DNA from: Promethearchaeota archaeon
GTDB taxonomy: Archaea > Asgardarchaeota > Lokiarchaeia > Sigyniarchaeales > SOKP01
Direction: 5' to 3'
NCBI GenBank assembly: GCA_019058365.1
Contig: JAHPZE010000001.1
Location: 192,001-256,000 of the forward strand
Length of the DNA stretch: 64,000 bases
Shown piece by piece: positions 30,487 through 39,840 of this stretch. A model generated the notes under the pieces. The model made no database searches and was not told where the DNA came from. It was given only the letters and a program-made list of their open reading frames with translations. Made by a program: the position numbers and the translations under genes. Position 1 is the first letter of the stretch. Each line of letters begins with the position of its first letter.

Positions 30487-31137
30487 TTATATAAAATATT
30501 TTTGTTGCAATTTTACATATTCTTTATAATCCAAGAACTCGTTTTCGACATATTCAAAAGCAATTTCGAATAACTGCCTTAATAATTCCTCAGGAAACGC
30601 ATTTTGCTCAAAAATTACCTCGTTTACTAATTCTTCAGTTAGGATTTGCGAATTAATTGGTTTATGCCACACCAAAAAACTCATCATTGCCTTTTCTACC
30701 TTAGATTTAATTAGATTTTTTATAAATTTTAAACTAATATCTCGCTTTGGATCTATAAAGTAAGGAAAATTCATATCATCTAAGATTCTGATGTAGTTTA
30801 AGGAATTTGTCATTTTTTCTACACAATAATCTAAGGAACTTACTGGAAGACCAAATTTTTGACAAAATCCTTTCTTACTTTCATGGGCAGGAAACGCAAA
30901 TGGATGCCTTGAGATTATATAATATGCTGCTATAAAAAATTTATATAAATTATGAGGTATTTTTCCGTTGTTTCTTAGATATTTATAGATAATTGAAACT
31001 GTGTCTAACAAATATTCATCTTTGATATCAAATTGTTGTAAAAAATCTTGACCATCTTTTATTAAATCGATGGTAATACGTTCTTTGGTGTTAATTACTT
31101 CATAATCAGGAGTATAAAGTTCTAACATTTCACACAC
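30487..31137 (-). CDS. Cyclin-like/TFIIB-repeat fold protein (stand-alone, no Zn ribbon)
   Basis: FFIAAYYIISR ... SKKGFCQKFGLPVSSLDYCVEKM resembles the TFIIB/cyclin repeat AA.lYia.R...t.keia...gv...ti. Confidence 0.55.
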   Translation of the reverse strand: MCEMLELYTPDYEVINTKERITIDLIKDGQDFLQQFDIKDEYLLDTVSIIYKYLRNNGKIPHNLYKFFIAAYYIISRHPFAFPAHESKKGFCQKFGLPVSSLDYCVEKMTNSLNYIRILDDMNFPYFIDPKRDISLKFIKNLIKSKVEKAMMSFLVWHKPINSQILTEELVNEVIFEQNAFPEELLRQLFEIAFEYVENEFLDYKEYVKLQQKYFI

Positions 31138-31144
31138 ACGACCG

Positions 31145-31186
31145 TATAATATTCATATGATATACTAATGGTATATGAATATTATA
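31145..31186. promoter_or_regulatory. Perfect 14-bp inverted repeat (TATAATATTCATAT-N14-ATATGAATATTATA), candidate operator
   Basis: Read directly; lies in the divergent intergenic region just upstream of the cyclin-fold ORF. Confidence 0.55.
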
Positions 31187-31209
31187 TGATCCTCTTCATT
31201 TATAAATCT

Positions 31210-31229
31210 ATGCATCCTCAGTGATGCAT
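31210..31229. promoter_or_regulatory. 7-bp inverted repeat ATGCATC-N6-GATGCAT
   Basis: Read directly; same divergent intergenic region. Confidence 0.35.
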
Positions 31230-31313
31230 TAAATGATCATAAAAGACGAACATTTAAATATGCGAAAAAAAATGTAAATTATAACTAAAAGAATTTTTGG
31301 CGAATAATTTAAA

Positions 31314-31742
31314 ATGCCATCTGAATCTTCTAAATCAACTGGTCTACCAAGAACTACCGTAAGTTTAGATCCATTTGATAATGAGGTTATTCAAAAGATG
31401 GCTGATGAAATAAATAAGTCTAAGTCCGAAATATTACGTAATATTATTAATGAATGGATTATTTCAAATCCGGATACGTTACAAGCGAAATATGGAATTA
31501 ATTTTAAAGATATTAAACGCGAAATTCAAATAAAGAATGATGAGAGAACAATTGAAGATGATATTAATGAAATCGTTGGATTTTTCAAACGCACAAAAAG
31601 CATAGAAATTGACAGATTAGCAGAGAAGCTTGAAATGAGTCCTAAGACATTAACCGATTTACTTGATAAATACGGAGATCAAATTGAAGAGAAAGGTTTA
31701 AATTTTAGATTTGAAGGCGATTTGATTATAAAAATTGATTAA
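31314..31742 (+). CDS. Ribbon-helix-helix (CopG-like) regulator with a C-terminal winged helix
   Basis: RTTVSLD...IQKMADEINKSKSEILRNII fits RHH; SIEIDRLAEKLEMSPKTL..FRFEGDLI fits wHTH. Confidence 0.75.
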   Translation: MPSESSKSTGLPRTTVSLDPFDNEVIQKMADEINKSKSEILRNIINEWIISNPDTLQAKYGINFKDIKREIQIKNDERTIEDDINEIVGFFKRTKSIEIDRLAEKLEMSPKTLTDLLDKYGDQIEEKGLNFRFEGDLIIKID

Positions 31743-31754
31743 ATTAGGATATAA

Positions 31755-32027
31755 ATGAGTACAGAAAAATTAAAACTAAATAAAATGTATTTTAAAAATT
31801 CTTATAAGAGAATCTCTGATAAAGACTTTAATATTTCTCAGTTAGTAATTCCTTTTTCTAAGATGTTTAGTTCCCAAAAATCAATTGATGTTTATTCAGG
31901 AAAAGAGAAAATTCCATTCAAGGAAAGAGATCCTGAATATAAAATGATTTTAAGGGAAGAGTTTGATAATAACTTAAATTGTGAATTTAAAATTTTTAAA
32001 TCAGTTGTAATATTTCCTTCTTTTTAA
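31755..32027 (+). CDS. Small protein, member 1 of a local 45-aa motif family
   Basis: Gapless motif shared with the ORFs at 33924, 34285 and 34697; starts 12 bp after the RHH gene. Confidence 0.75.
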   Translation: MSTEKLKLNKMYFKNSYKRISDKDFNISQLVIPFSKMFSSQKSIDVYSGKEKIPFKERDPEYKMILREEFDNNLNCEFKIFKSVVIFPSF

Positions 32028-32310
32028 TATCTTTTATAATTTATCTATGACAACTATAGAATACGTTGTTACAACTTAAATTATGTCTGTTTTCTTACTA
32101 TTTTAGGAGGGGGTATCATGGGGCAGGAGAAAAGGAGAAAATTTCTAGGAAAATTAGAAATTAATTTAATATAAAAACATAAAAATCAAATATAATTTCC
32201 ATAGTCTATCCTTTTCTGTATAAGAGTAATGACAAAATTCTTTAAACTATACATAAAATTTTTAAGAAAATCAAATTTCACTTATATTTATAAATTAAAT
32301 CTAATATAAA

Positions 32311-33726
32311 GTGATTTTTATGTCAAAAGAAGAAAATGATGTAAAAACTCCTTCTGAAATTCTCAGAAATGAAGAAGTAGAATATGAAACCACAACTTCA
32401 AGACGAAATGTATTCTTTTGGGCAATGTATGATCTCGCAAACACAATTTACTCTATGGTAATTGTGAGCTTAATAATTAATCGTTATATCCTGGTGATAG
32501 GTCAATTAGAATATGGGATGTCTTATGGCGAAGTTAGCTTTCTTTATGGTTTAGTTAGTTTCATAATGCAAATCGGAGTAGCTATTTGTGTGCCTATTTT
32601 AGGAGCATTTAGCGATACTGTCGGAAAAAGAAAACCTTTCATTATAAGTTTAACAGGTATTATTCTTCTCTTTGCGAGTTTGCTTGGATTTTTTCATGAT
32701 CTAACAACAGTTATAATATTTTACGTAATAGCAAATGTTGCTTATCAGTTTAGTTTGGCTTTTTATGATGCAATGCTTCCATTTATTGCTAAGAGAGATG
32801 ACATAGAAAAAGTAGCTGGATTTGGGGTTGCTTGGGGCTACTTGGGTACTATTCTTGCTCTTGCTATAATGTACCCATTAATATATATATTAAAAGATAC
32901 GGTATCAACTCCGCCTGTATTACCTGGAGATAAGCCAGTACAATATGGATTTGCAGGATACTGGTTTACATTTTTTATACCAATGGTTCTATTTTTAGTC
33001 TGTGCTATTCCATTTCTTTATGTTCGTGAAAAGCAAAAAAAAGGCAAGAGACCGTCAATAGGGAATTTAATCAAAAATACTTTTAGACAAATAAGAAGTA
33101 CATTTAAAGATATTAGAAAACATAAATCAATGTTTATTTTCATTATTGGTTATTTTTTCGTCGCTGACATCGCTAATGTTATAGTTCTCTATATGACACC
33201 AATAGTTACTGATGGTTTAATTATTGCGGGTGGAGCAACCTTATTTGCTATCCTTTTTATAATAATTGCTACTATGTCAGCAGTTGCTTTTACTTATTTT
33301 GTAGGAAAGTTTGGTGCAAAATATGGAGCAAAAAAAACATTTTACCTTGTAGGCGCTTTGTGGGGAATTGCATTAAGTATAGGTATAATATTAGTATTTA
33401 CAACGCAATATATCGATATTGGTGCAAATCTTCCCTTTATCTTTAGTCTAATCATGGGTATCGTAGCGGGTCCAGCACTAGGAGGAACATGGACAGCACA
33501 ACGGATTATGATAATAGAACTCGCCCCCAAAGAAAAATTTGGAGAATTTTTCGGGTTTTCTAAGTTGAGTGGAAAATTTTCTTCAGCACTAGGACCTTTT
33601 ATTTGGGGTACAGTCATGTTAACTTACGATATAATAGGTAAGGCTGCATATGGTTGGGCAATGATATCTGTTGGTATTATAATGGGAATCGGAATATTGA
33701 TTATCTCTTTTATAAAAAAAAATTAA
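32311..33726 (+). CDS. MFS transporter, UMF1/Atg22-like (likely start 32320)
   Basis: WAMYDLANT, PILGAFSD..GKRK, FYDAML, GEFFGF; about 12 TM. Confidence 0.85.
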   Translation: MIFMSKEENDVKTPSEILRNEEVEYETTTSRRNVFFWAMYDLANTIYSMVIVSLIINRYILVIGQLEYGMSYGEVSFLYGLVSFIMQIGVAICVPILGAFSDTVGKRKPFIISLTGIILLFASLLGFFHDLTTVIIFYVIANVAYQFSLAFYDAMLPFIAKRDDIEKVAGFGVAWGYLGTILALAIMYPLIYILKDTVSTPPVLPGDKPVQYGFAGYWFTFFIPMVLFLVCAIPFLYVREKQKKGKRPSIGNLIKNTFRQIRSTFKDIRKHKSMFIFIIGYFFVADIANVIVLYMTPIVTDGLIIAGGATLFAILFIIIATMSAVAFTYFVGKFGAKYGAKKTFYLVGALWGIALSIGIILVFTTQYIDIGANLPFIFSLIMGIVAGPALGGTWTAQRIMIIELAPKEKFGEFFGFSKLSGKFSSALGPFIWGTVMLTYDIIGKAAYGWAMISVGIIMGIGILIISFIKKN

Positions 33727-33923
33727 TCTTTAAAATAATTCTTTTTTTTTTTAACATTAAAGTCAAAACGTTTCTTATTTCTATTTATTCATACGAAAAA
33801 TTAGAACTCCAATACTTTTTATATAAAAATCTTTGGTTTCCTCATGGTTTAACGCTATATAATATATAAAATGAACATACTCAAAAAAATAATCTTAAAA
33901 TATTAACTTTAGATATGTAGACA

Positions 33924-34166
33924 ATGGAGATTAAAGATATATATAAAACGATTCAAGATATTTTTCTACCTATAGAACAACCTCATTTCCCTGATATATC
34001 CCGGTTACTTATTTCATTTGAAGATTTAGGTCAAACTAAAAAAAATAGACTTATTTATTTTGGAGATGAGAAAATATCTTTTAAAGAAAGACTTCCTGAG
34101 TATCAAGAAATTCTAATTAATGAGTCCCTAGCAGATAGAATTATTCTCCTTAAAATTTATATGTAA
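33924..34166 (+). CDS. Small protein, member 2 of the 45-aa motif family
   Basis: DISRL...IYFGDEKISFKERLPEYQEILINE. Confidence 0.75.
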   Translation: MEIKDIYKTIQDIFLPIEQPHFPDISRLLISFEDLGQTKKNRLIYFGDEKISFKERLPEYQEILINESLADRIILLKIYM

Positions 34167-34284
34167 AATTCTCTAACTCAACAAGTATAAGATATAATTT
34201 TAAAGATTTACTTAACTTAGATCAAAAATTCAACCTCTTTTTATATTTAAATAAAGATAATCCATAAAAGAGAGTGAATTTTAA

Positions 34285-34602
34285 TTGATTGGGGAATCAC
34301 GTATAATTGAAAAGAAAGTTGAAAATTTTCTGAAACATATTTTCAAACCAGAAAATTCATTTAATAGGAGAAAACTCCAAAAAAGGAAATTTTTCTTATT
34401 ATCCAAATTTGTGGCTGATTTGTTTAACAGTAAGAATTCACGAATTTGTTTTAATAATATTTCAAATTTAATAATTCTAATCCTAAATATCTATAATGAA
34501 AATTTTCCAGTTGATAGTTATTTTAGCATAGACGATAATTCTCTTAAATCTTTCAATTCAGAATATAAACATATTTTGAAAGAAGAATTTCTTAAGAAAT
34601 AA
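34285..34602 (+). CDS. Small protein, member 3 (divergent) of the 45-aa motif family
   Basis: NISNL...DSYF.....LK....EYKHILKEEF at identical spacing. Confidence 0.7.
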   Translation: MIGESRIIEKKVENFLKHIFKPENSFNRRKLQKRKFFLLSKFVADLFNSKNSRICFNNISNLIILILNIYNENFPVDSYFSIDDNSLKSFNSEYKHILKEEFLKK

Positions 34603-34696
34603 AAATCTATGAATTATCACTAAATTTGTCGGGACGCCCAATATTAATTAATGGATTTTTACTGGAGTATTAAGCAATAATCAATGTGAGATAAAA

Positions 34697-34918
34697 ATGG
34701 GTTTAGAATTAATAGATAGTAAAATTCGTTTTAATGATAATGAATTAAAATTCTCTGAAGAATTTCTAGATATTTCAAATCTGGCAACCCCGTTCTCGAT
34801 CATGTTTAAAAAAGGTTCTACACCAGACATCTATTCTGGTGAAGAAATTATACCCTTTAAAAACAAAATCTCAGAATTTCAACTAATTCTAATAAATGAG
34901 TTTATAATGGACTATTAG
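34697..34918 (+). CDS. Small protein, member 4 of the 45-aa motif family
   Basis: DISNLATPFSIMF...DIYSGEEIIPFKNKISEFQLILINEF. Confidence 0.75.
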   Translation: MGLELIDSKIRFNDNELKFSEEFLDISNLATPFSIMFKKGSTPDIYSGEEIIPFKNKISEFQLILINEFIMDY

Positions 34919-35050
34919 ATTTAACTACATTAAAAAAGATAAAGAGAATTTTTAGCTTCATTTCAGACAAGAAATTCAAATTTTATATATTAATAAATAT
35001 AAGATATAATCCATATATCTTTTGCATTCAAATAAAAAAAATGATCAATC

Positions 35051-35683
35051 ATGGAAAAATTAGATAAAATATTCGAAAAAGTTCATGCAAGTTATTTTGG
35101 GTTTATAGGGATTGTTATTTTTCTTGTTGGAGCAATCCCAGCGATGTTGGTTCATAGTGATTTCAGCTTATTGACTACATTTATTAGTGATTTATCCGTA
35201 CCAGGATGGAACGGATTAGCTATTTTCTTTAGTGTCTGTTGGTTTATAACTGGGCTTTTCATGATAATGTTTATCTTAGGTTTTACTAGATATTTACAAG
35301 AGAAGGGGGCATCTATAAAAGCAACTTGGATAGCATGTATTTTAGGTGTCGTTTCAGCCATAGGTATTTTAATGTTGGCACTATTCAATACTAGGGACTT
35401 TGATGCCTTACACGATATCGCACAATATGTTTTCTTTTTCCCAGGTATTTTATACTTATTTAGTTACGCCTATCTTGAATACAAGCTTTCAGAATTTCCC
35501 CTATGGCAAGCATTGATTAATATTATTGTAGCATTTTTCTTCATATTATACTTGGTACTTTTTATTGTTAATAGAGTGGATGAAACGCTACTTGTAGAAG
35601 CTAAAGTTTTAGCTGAGTGGTTATTTCTTTTTTCAAATTTATTCTGGTTTGTAGAAACAGGTGCTTTTATCCTAAAGAAGTAG
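35051..35683 (+). CDS. Membrane protein, DUF998/Frag1-like
   Basis: FISDL after TM1, LH in the loop before TM4, EW in the last TM; six TM. Confidence 0.65.
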   Translation: MEKLDKIFEKVHASYFGFIGIVIFLVGAIPAMLVHSDFSLLTTFISDLSVPGWNGLAIFFSVCWFITGLFMIMFILGFTRYLQEKGASIKATWIACILGVVSAIGILMLALFNTRDFDALHDIAQYVFFFPGILYLFSYAYLEYKLSEFPLWQALINIIVAFFFILYLVLFIVNRVDETLLVEAKVLAEWLFLFSNLFWFVETGAFILKK

Positions 35684-35693
35684 AAAATTCCAA

Positions 35694-35710
35694 TTTTTCT
35701 TTTTTTTTTT
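35694..35710 (+). terminator. Oligo-T tract between convergent genes (archaeal-type terminator candidate)
   Basis: T5-C-T-run shortly after the stop codon of 35051..35683. Confidence 0.4.
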
Positions 35711-36027
35711 TAATTCTTTCCTAAAGCGAAAATCTTATTTGGAAGCACAAAGACATTTTGACACATTGGACATGCATTATATTTTAGCAGCCAAGGTGAA
35801 ACACACGTTGAGTGAAAAATGCTTTCACAATAAGAACATTTGATTGTCTTATGCTTATTAGGATCAACAATTTTGTGGCAAATTGTACATTGAACTTTTT
35901 TTATGAATTTCTCGTTATTCTTTTTTAATTTTTTGCCACAAAAAGAGCAAAAATTTGTCTTATCCTTATCAGATCTAGGTAATCTCTTCCCACAATAAGG
36001 ACAAAAATTATAAATTCTTCCGGGCAA
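35710..36027 (-). CDS. Zinc-ribbon + RING-finger protein (putative E3 ubiquitin ligase)
   Basis: FCPYCG..FCSFCG followed by CTIC...CSYC..FHSTC..PWL....CPMC. Confidence 0.8.
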   Translation of the reverse strand: MPGRIYNFCPYCGKRLPRSDKDKTNFCSFCGKKLKKNNEKFIKKVQCTICHKIVDPNKHKTIKCSYCESIFHSTCVSPWLLKYNACPMCQNVFVLPNKIFALGKN

Positions 36028-36124
36028 ATATTTTTCACAAATTATAATATACTTTTCTATACTTTACTAAAAATAAAAATAGTAATAAAATGATCTTTAG
36101 TCCAATTTTTAAACAATCTTTCTC

Positions 36125-37408
36125 CTATTCATGAAAATATTTCGTTAAGATCCATATTTCAAATAAAATCCCTATGATTGAAATAATAAATGGGGCTAAA
36201 TAACTGACACTTTCAATGAGAAATGCTCCAATAATACCTGTAGGTAAATATCCAATTCCTTGTAGAAAGCCCAAAATACCATAAGATTCAGCTTTTCTGG
36301 TTTCATCTAAATTAGTTATGATCATTTGCTGGGCACCGATAAATGTAGAAGCACTTAGACCACGCAAAATGGCACCAATACTGAGTAGTGGAATTAAAAA
36401 TAAACCAAAACTGTTTGACCAGAGTATAAAAGTTAAAATTAGTATTGAGAAGTATCCTACACCAAAAAGTTCACTTACAATTAAAGTTCGCTTTTTACCA
36501 ATTTTATCTGCAAGATGTCCTCCAGGAATTTGAAAAACAATACTAGATATACTAAAACTAATTGATAAGAGGGCCAACTGTTCATATGTTAAATTGTATT
36601 GAGATCTTAATCCCGCAAAATAAACCGACAGGGAAATGTTATATACTAATACATCTAGTGTGAAAAAAATAATCACTACCTTATTTTTAGGATTAAGAAA
36701 GATATTTCGCCAAAGTTTTTTTCTTTTAGAAGGATTTCTGGGACAAATCTTAGGATTTTTAGCTTCATTATTCAATGGATTAGAGATACCAAAGATTGTA
36801 ATGAGGTAGTTACCTAAATTAAAAATTATATAAATTATGAAATAAATGCGAACGTCTTTTACAATATCAAGCATTACAAAGTATTGACCACAGACTCCTC
36901 CAAGATTTATGCCAAAAAACATTAAGCCAAACATTAAATCTTTTCTCGATTTCCTACTACTTTCAGAAATAAACATAAAATAACTTATTTCTCCTATAAC
37001 TGAGCTCATATAGTAAAAAACTATTCCCACAACCAAAAATATAAGTTTTTTAGCAAAAATTAGAAGAAACAGCCCTAAAATTGCTAAAGGAACATCAAAT
37101 AACCAAATTTTTTTACGATTAAAGCGATCAGATAATTTTCCTACCCATGGTCTTGGAAAAAACATTATTATCCCTCCGATGGTTATAAGAATTCCTGTAA
37201 TAAAGAGTGATCCTGTAACTTCCAATAAGAATGGTTGATAAACTAAAAAAAATGGACTTGAACTAAAACCATAAATTAATGCCATAAAAAATAAAGCCCA
37301 GAGATTCCTACGCTTTAATTTTTCTTCTTCTTGCATATCCTTAACATCATTATAAACTTCTTTAATCTCCTCTAAATCTTCCTGAAAACGTATTTTCATG
37401 CTATTCAC
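36125..37408 (-). CDS. MFS transporter
   Basis: GKLSDRFNRK and GHLADKIGKK motif A; about 12 TM. Confidence 0.88.
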   Translation of the reverse strand: MNSMKIRFQEDLEEIKEVYNDVKDMQEEEKLKRRNLWALFFMALIYGFSSSPFFLVYQPFLLEVTGSLFITGILITIGGIIMFFPRPWVGKLSDRFNRKKIWLFDVPLAILGLFLLIFAKKLIFLVVGIVFYYMSSVIGEISYFMFISESSRKSRKDLMFGLMFFGINLGGVCGQYFVMLDIVKDVRIYFIIYIIFNLGNYLITIFGISNPLNNEAKNPKICPRNPSKRKKLWRNIFLNPKNKVVIIFFTLDVLVYNISLSVYFAGLRSQYNLTYEQLALLSISFSISSIVFQIPGGHLADKIGKKRTLIVSELFGVGYFSILILTFILWSNSFGLFLIPLLSIGAILRGLSASTFIGAQQMIITNLDETRKAESYGILGFLQGIGYLPTGIIGAFLIESVSYLAPFIISIIGILFEIWILTKYFHE

Positions 37409-37799
37409 CCAATTTTTATTAATTATTTTTCAATTCTTACTTTAATTCTCCCAAATTTGATCTTATAGAGCCTATCTACCCTAGCTACTTTAACTGAAGT
37501 TCTTACTTCTCTACTTCAGGAAAATCGGTTTATAACAAATTATCATATACTTTTGAAGTAAGTTAATGTATAAAATAATTGGTAAAGTTCATAGCAATAT
37601 CTATCATTCTATTAGCTAAAATTAGTACTTAGAAGAAAAGTTTATTTCAAATATGATAAACGCTATAAACTTATTCCATTTTTAATCACTATAATTATTA
37701 GCACATCTTAAATATTTAAATTTTTAGGTTTGAATTGGATTTTTTAAAGAAGAAAAAATAATTTATTCGTAATTTTTAACGATAATATTAAGTTAATTA

Positions 37800-38585
37800 T
37801 TATTTATGCTTTTGAATAAATTCTTTTAATGTTGTAGTATATTCCTCTTTAAATGAGAAAATGTTATTATGCCCAGCATCTTCAATTAGAACTAATTTTT
37901 TTTCAACTCCCTCTGGGATGCATTCATAGATCAGTTTTCCTTCATCACACGGAATAACCCAATCTTGAGTTCCATGAATAATTAATACTGGCTTTTGGAA
38001 TTTTCTAAGTCTAGTATCATTTGAATAGTCACTCAATCCATCTGGAGTAATACCTGGCCCACTCACTCTGAATAGTCTCGTCATCATATTGTACATACTA
38101 GCAAATCCACTTTCAAAAATAATACCTTTCAAACTATCTGGGTTATAAGAGCCAATTTCTGAAGCACACACACTACCAAGCGAACGTCCTAACACAAATA
38201 AAGAGTCTTCTAAGTTTTCTTCGATCATCCATTTATGAAATTCATTATAAACGGGTAGTGCATCAGTAATCAAACTACTATATATTGGGTTGCCTGAACT
38301 GAAACCATAACCGCGAAAGTCAACAACTGCCAAATTTACTCCACAATCGAAAAAAAAGTTTAAGAAATATTGGTAATCAGCTGCAATCTCTCCATTTCCA
38401 TGAAATAACAATATTGTTGGGAGGTTCACATCATTTAAATAGAAAAATCCTCCTATCATAATGTTTTTACTTATTTCAAATTTTAAGATTTTTATGTTTG
38501 GACCTAAATTAGTTGGGATAGGAATTCTTCTGGGGTAAAAGACAATATTAGAAACTGTTGGATTATCTATTAATTTTTTCACCAT
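37800..38585 (-). CDS. Alpha/beta hydrolase (ABHD13/17-like)
   Basis: FHGNGE, DFRGYG.S, GRSLGS, HGTQD, AGHN. Confidence 0.88.
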   Translation of the reverse strand: MVKKLIDNPTVSNIVFYPRRIPIPTNLGPNIKILKFEISKNIMIGGFFYLNDVNLPTILLFHGNGEIAADYQYFLNFFFDCGVNLAVVDFRGYGFSSGNPIYSSLITDALPVYNEFHKWMIEENLEDSLFVLGRSLGSVCASEIGSYNPDSLKGIIFESGFASMYNMMTRLFRVSGPGITPDGLSDYSNDTRLRKFQKPVLIIHGTQDWVIPCDEGKLIYECIPEGVEKKLVLIEDAGHNNIFSFKEEYTTTLKEFIQKHK

Positions 38586-38743
38586 AATAGAAAAACCTCA
38601 CTTATGTTTTTAAAAATTGCTCAAATGCTTAAATTATTTTGTTAATAATTTTTGACAAAATTGAAAATCCTTAAATAAAATTGGTATAATTTGTACATAC
38701 CGTAAATCTAATTTTTAAAATTTAAAAGAGTTATATATGAACT

Positions 38744-39055
38744 ATGGGAGTTATAATGATAACTACATGGTATCCTAGCCATAAAAGTATGGATATTGGT
38801 AAAATGTATTTAAAGCAACCAAGAGAGGTACCATATGTTACAAAATGGCGTGTTTTTAATACTCCAGCTGGGAAGGATGGTATGAAACAATACCATTTAA
38901 TATATACAGAAAGAGGAAAATTAGAAGAAGCAGTTATGGAACTATGGAAATATTTTACTCCATTTGCTTTACAGATAGAAGGATATAATATGACAGTTGA
39001 AATGCTAATTGGAGTATCAGATACCTATAAAATGGCAGGAATGAAATGGGAATAA
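38744..39055 (+). CDS. Hypothetical protein
   Basis: Clean ORF with its own intergenic regions and a downstream T-tract. Confidence 0.65.
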   Translation: MGVIMITTWYPSHKSMDIGKMYLKQPREVPYVTKWRVFNTPAGKDGMKQYHLIYTERGKLEEAVMELWKYFTPFALQIEGYNMTVEMLIGVSDTYKMAGMKWE

Positions 39056-39100
39056 GTTCCTAATTAATTTAAATTCTTTTTTTTTATTTTGAGAGAAAAA

Positions 39101-39661
39101 TCACTTTCTAATCCTGAGAAACTTTTTCTTAAAAAACATAATAATAAGTATCATTGTGCTAAGTAGGATTATTGAAAATGTTATCACATTGAAATCAATA
39201 TTTGGTTGACCATCAGTACAAACAATATATCCCTCAGCTATCCAACCATCTATACCGCCCAACATGTTATATATTAAAGTAAAGTTATGATTATCAACAA
39301 GATTCTGGCTTGCTAGAGCACTTCTATAGCCAGACTTACAATACACAATTATTTCAGTATTTTTATATGAGTTTAGTTCGCTGATTCTTGCATCAATTTC
39401 TGAAACAGGTATTAAAATTGCATTACATAGGTGATTTTCATTATACTCCGATTGTTCTCTAACATCAAGTATAACCAAGTTTGGATATTGAGTATTGTTG
39501 TTTATCATATTATAAGCGGTTTGTACAGAAATATTTGTTACAGTCTGAGCTTTGACATTTACTACAGGCATCAAAATAAAGGTCTGTAATAAAAAGAATA
39601 AAATAGAGAATAATATAATATTTTTAGCATTAAATAATTTTAACTCGGTTTTTGAAGTCAT
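39101..39661 (-). CDS. Exported, membrane-anchored rhodanese-domain protein
   Basis: Signal peptide, LDVRE..EY...H, active-site loop YCKSGYRS, LGGI.GW, C-terminal TM with basic tail. Confidence 0.88.
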   Translation of the reverse strand: MTSKTELKLFNAKNIILFSILFFLLQTFILMPVVNVKAQTVTNISVQTAYNMINNNTQYPNLVILDVREQSEYNENHLCNAILIPVSEIDARISELNSYKNTEIIVYCKSGYRSALASQNLVDNHNFTLIYNMLGGIDGWIAEGYIVCTDGQPNIDFNVITFSIILLSTMILIIMFFKKKFLRIRK

Positions 39662-39840
39662 ACTATTACCATTATTGTTATAATTAGATTATTTTAAAAT
39701 TTTACTCAGAAGAAAAACGTATCTAAGTATTTTAATCTTACTATTAAAGTAATTTACTTTTCTAATCTGCTTAATAAAATTCTCTTTATAAATTAGATTT
39801 TAAAATTAAATACTTTTTATGATAGTAAAATTATAAATTA

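Noticed and set aside
32105-32174. AGGAGG followed by an 18-codon ORF (MGQEKRRKFLGKLEINLI)
   Set aside because: Too short to support without conservation or expression data.
37440-37680. Minus-strand stretch that reads protein-like but has many in-frame stops
   Set aside because: It could be a decayed gene, but I see no recognisable homology; stop-codon recoding is not supported because all neighbouring genes use the standard code.
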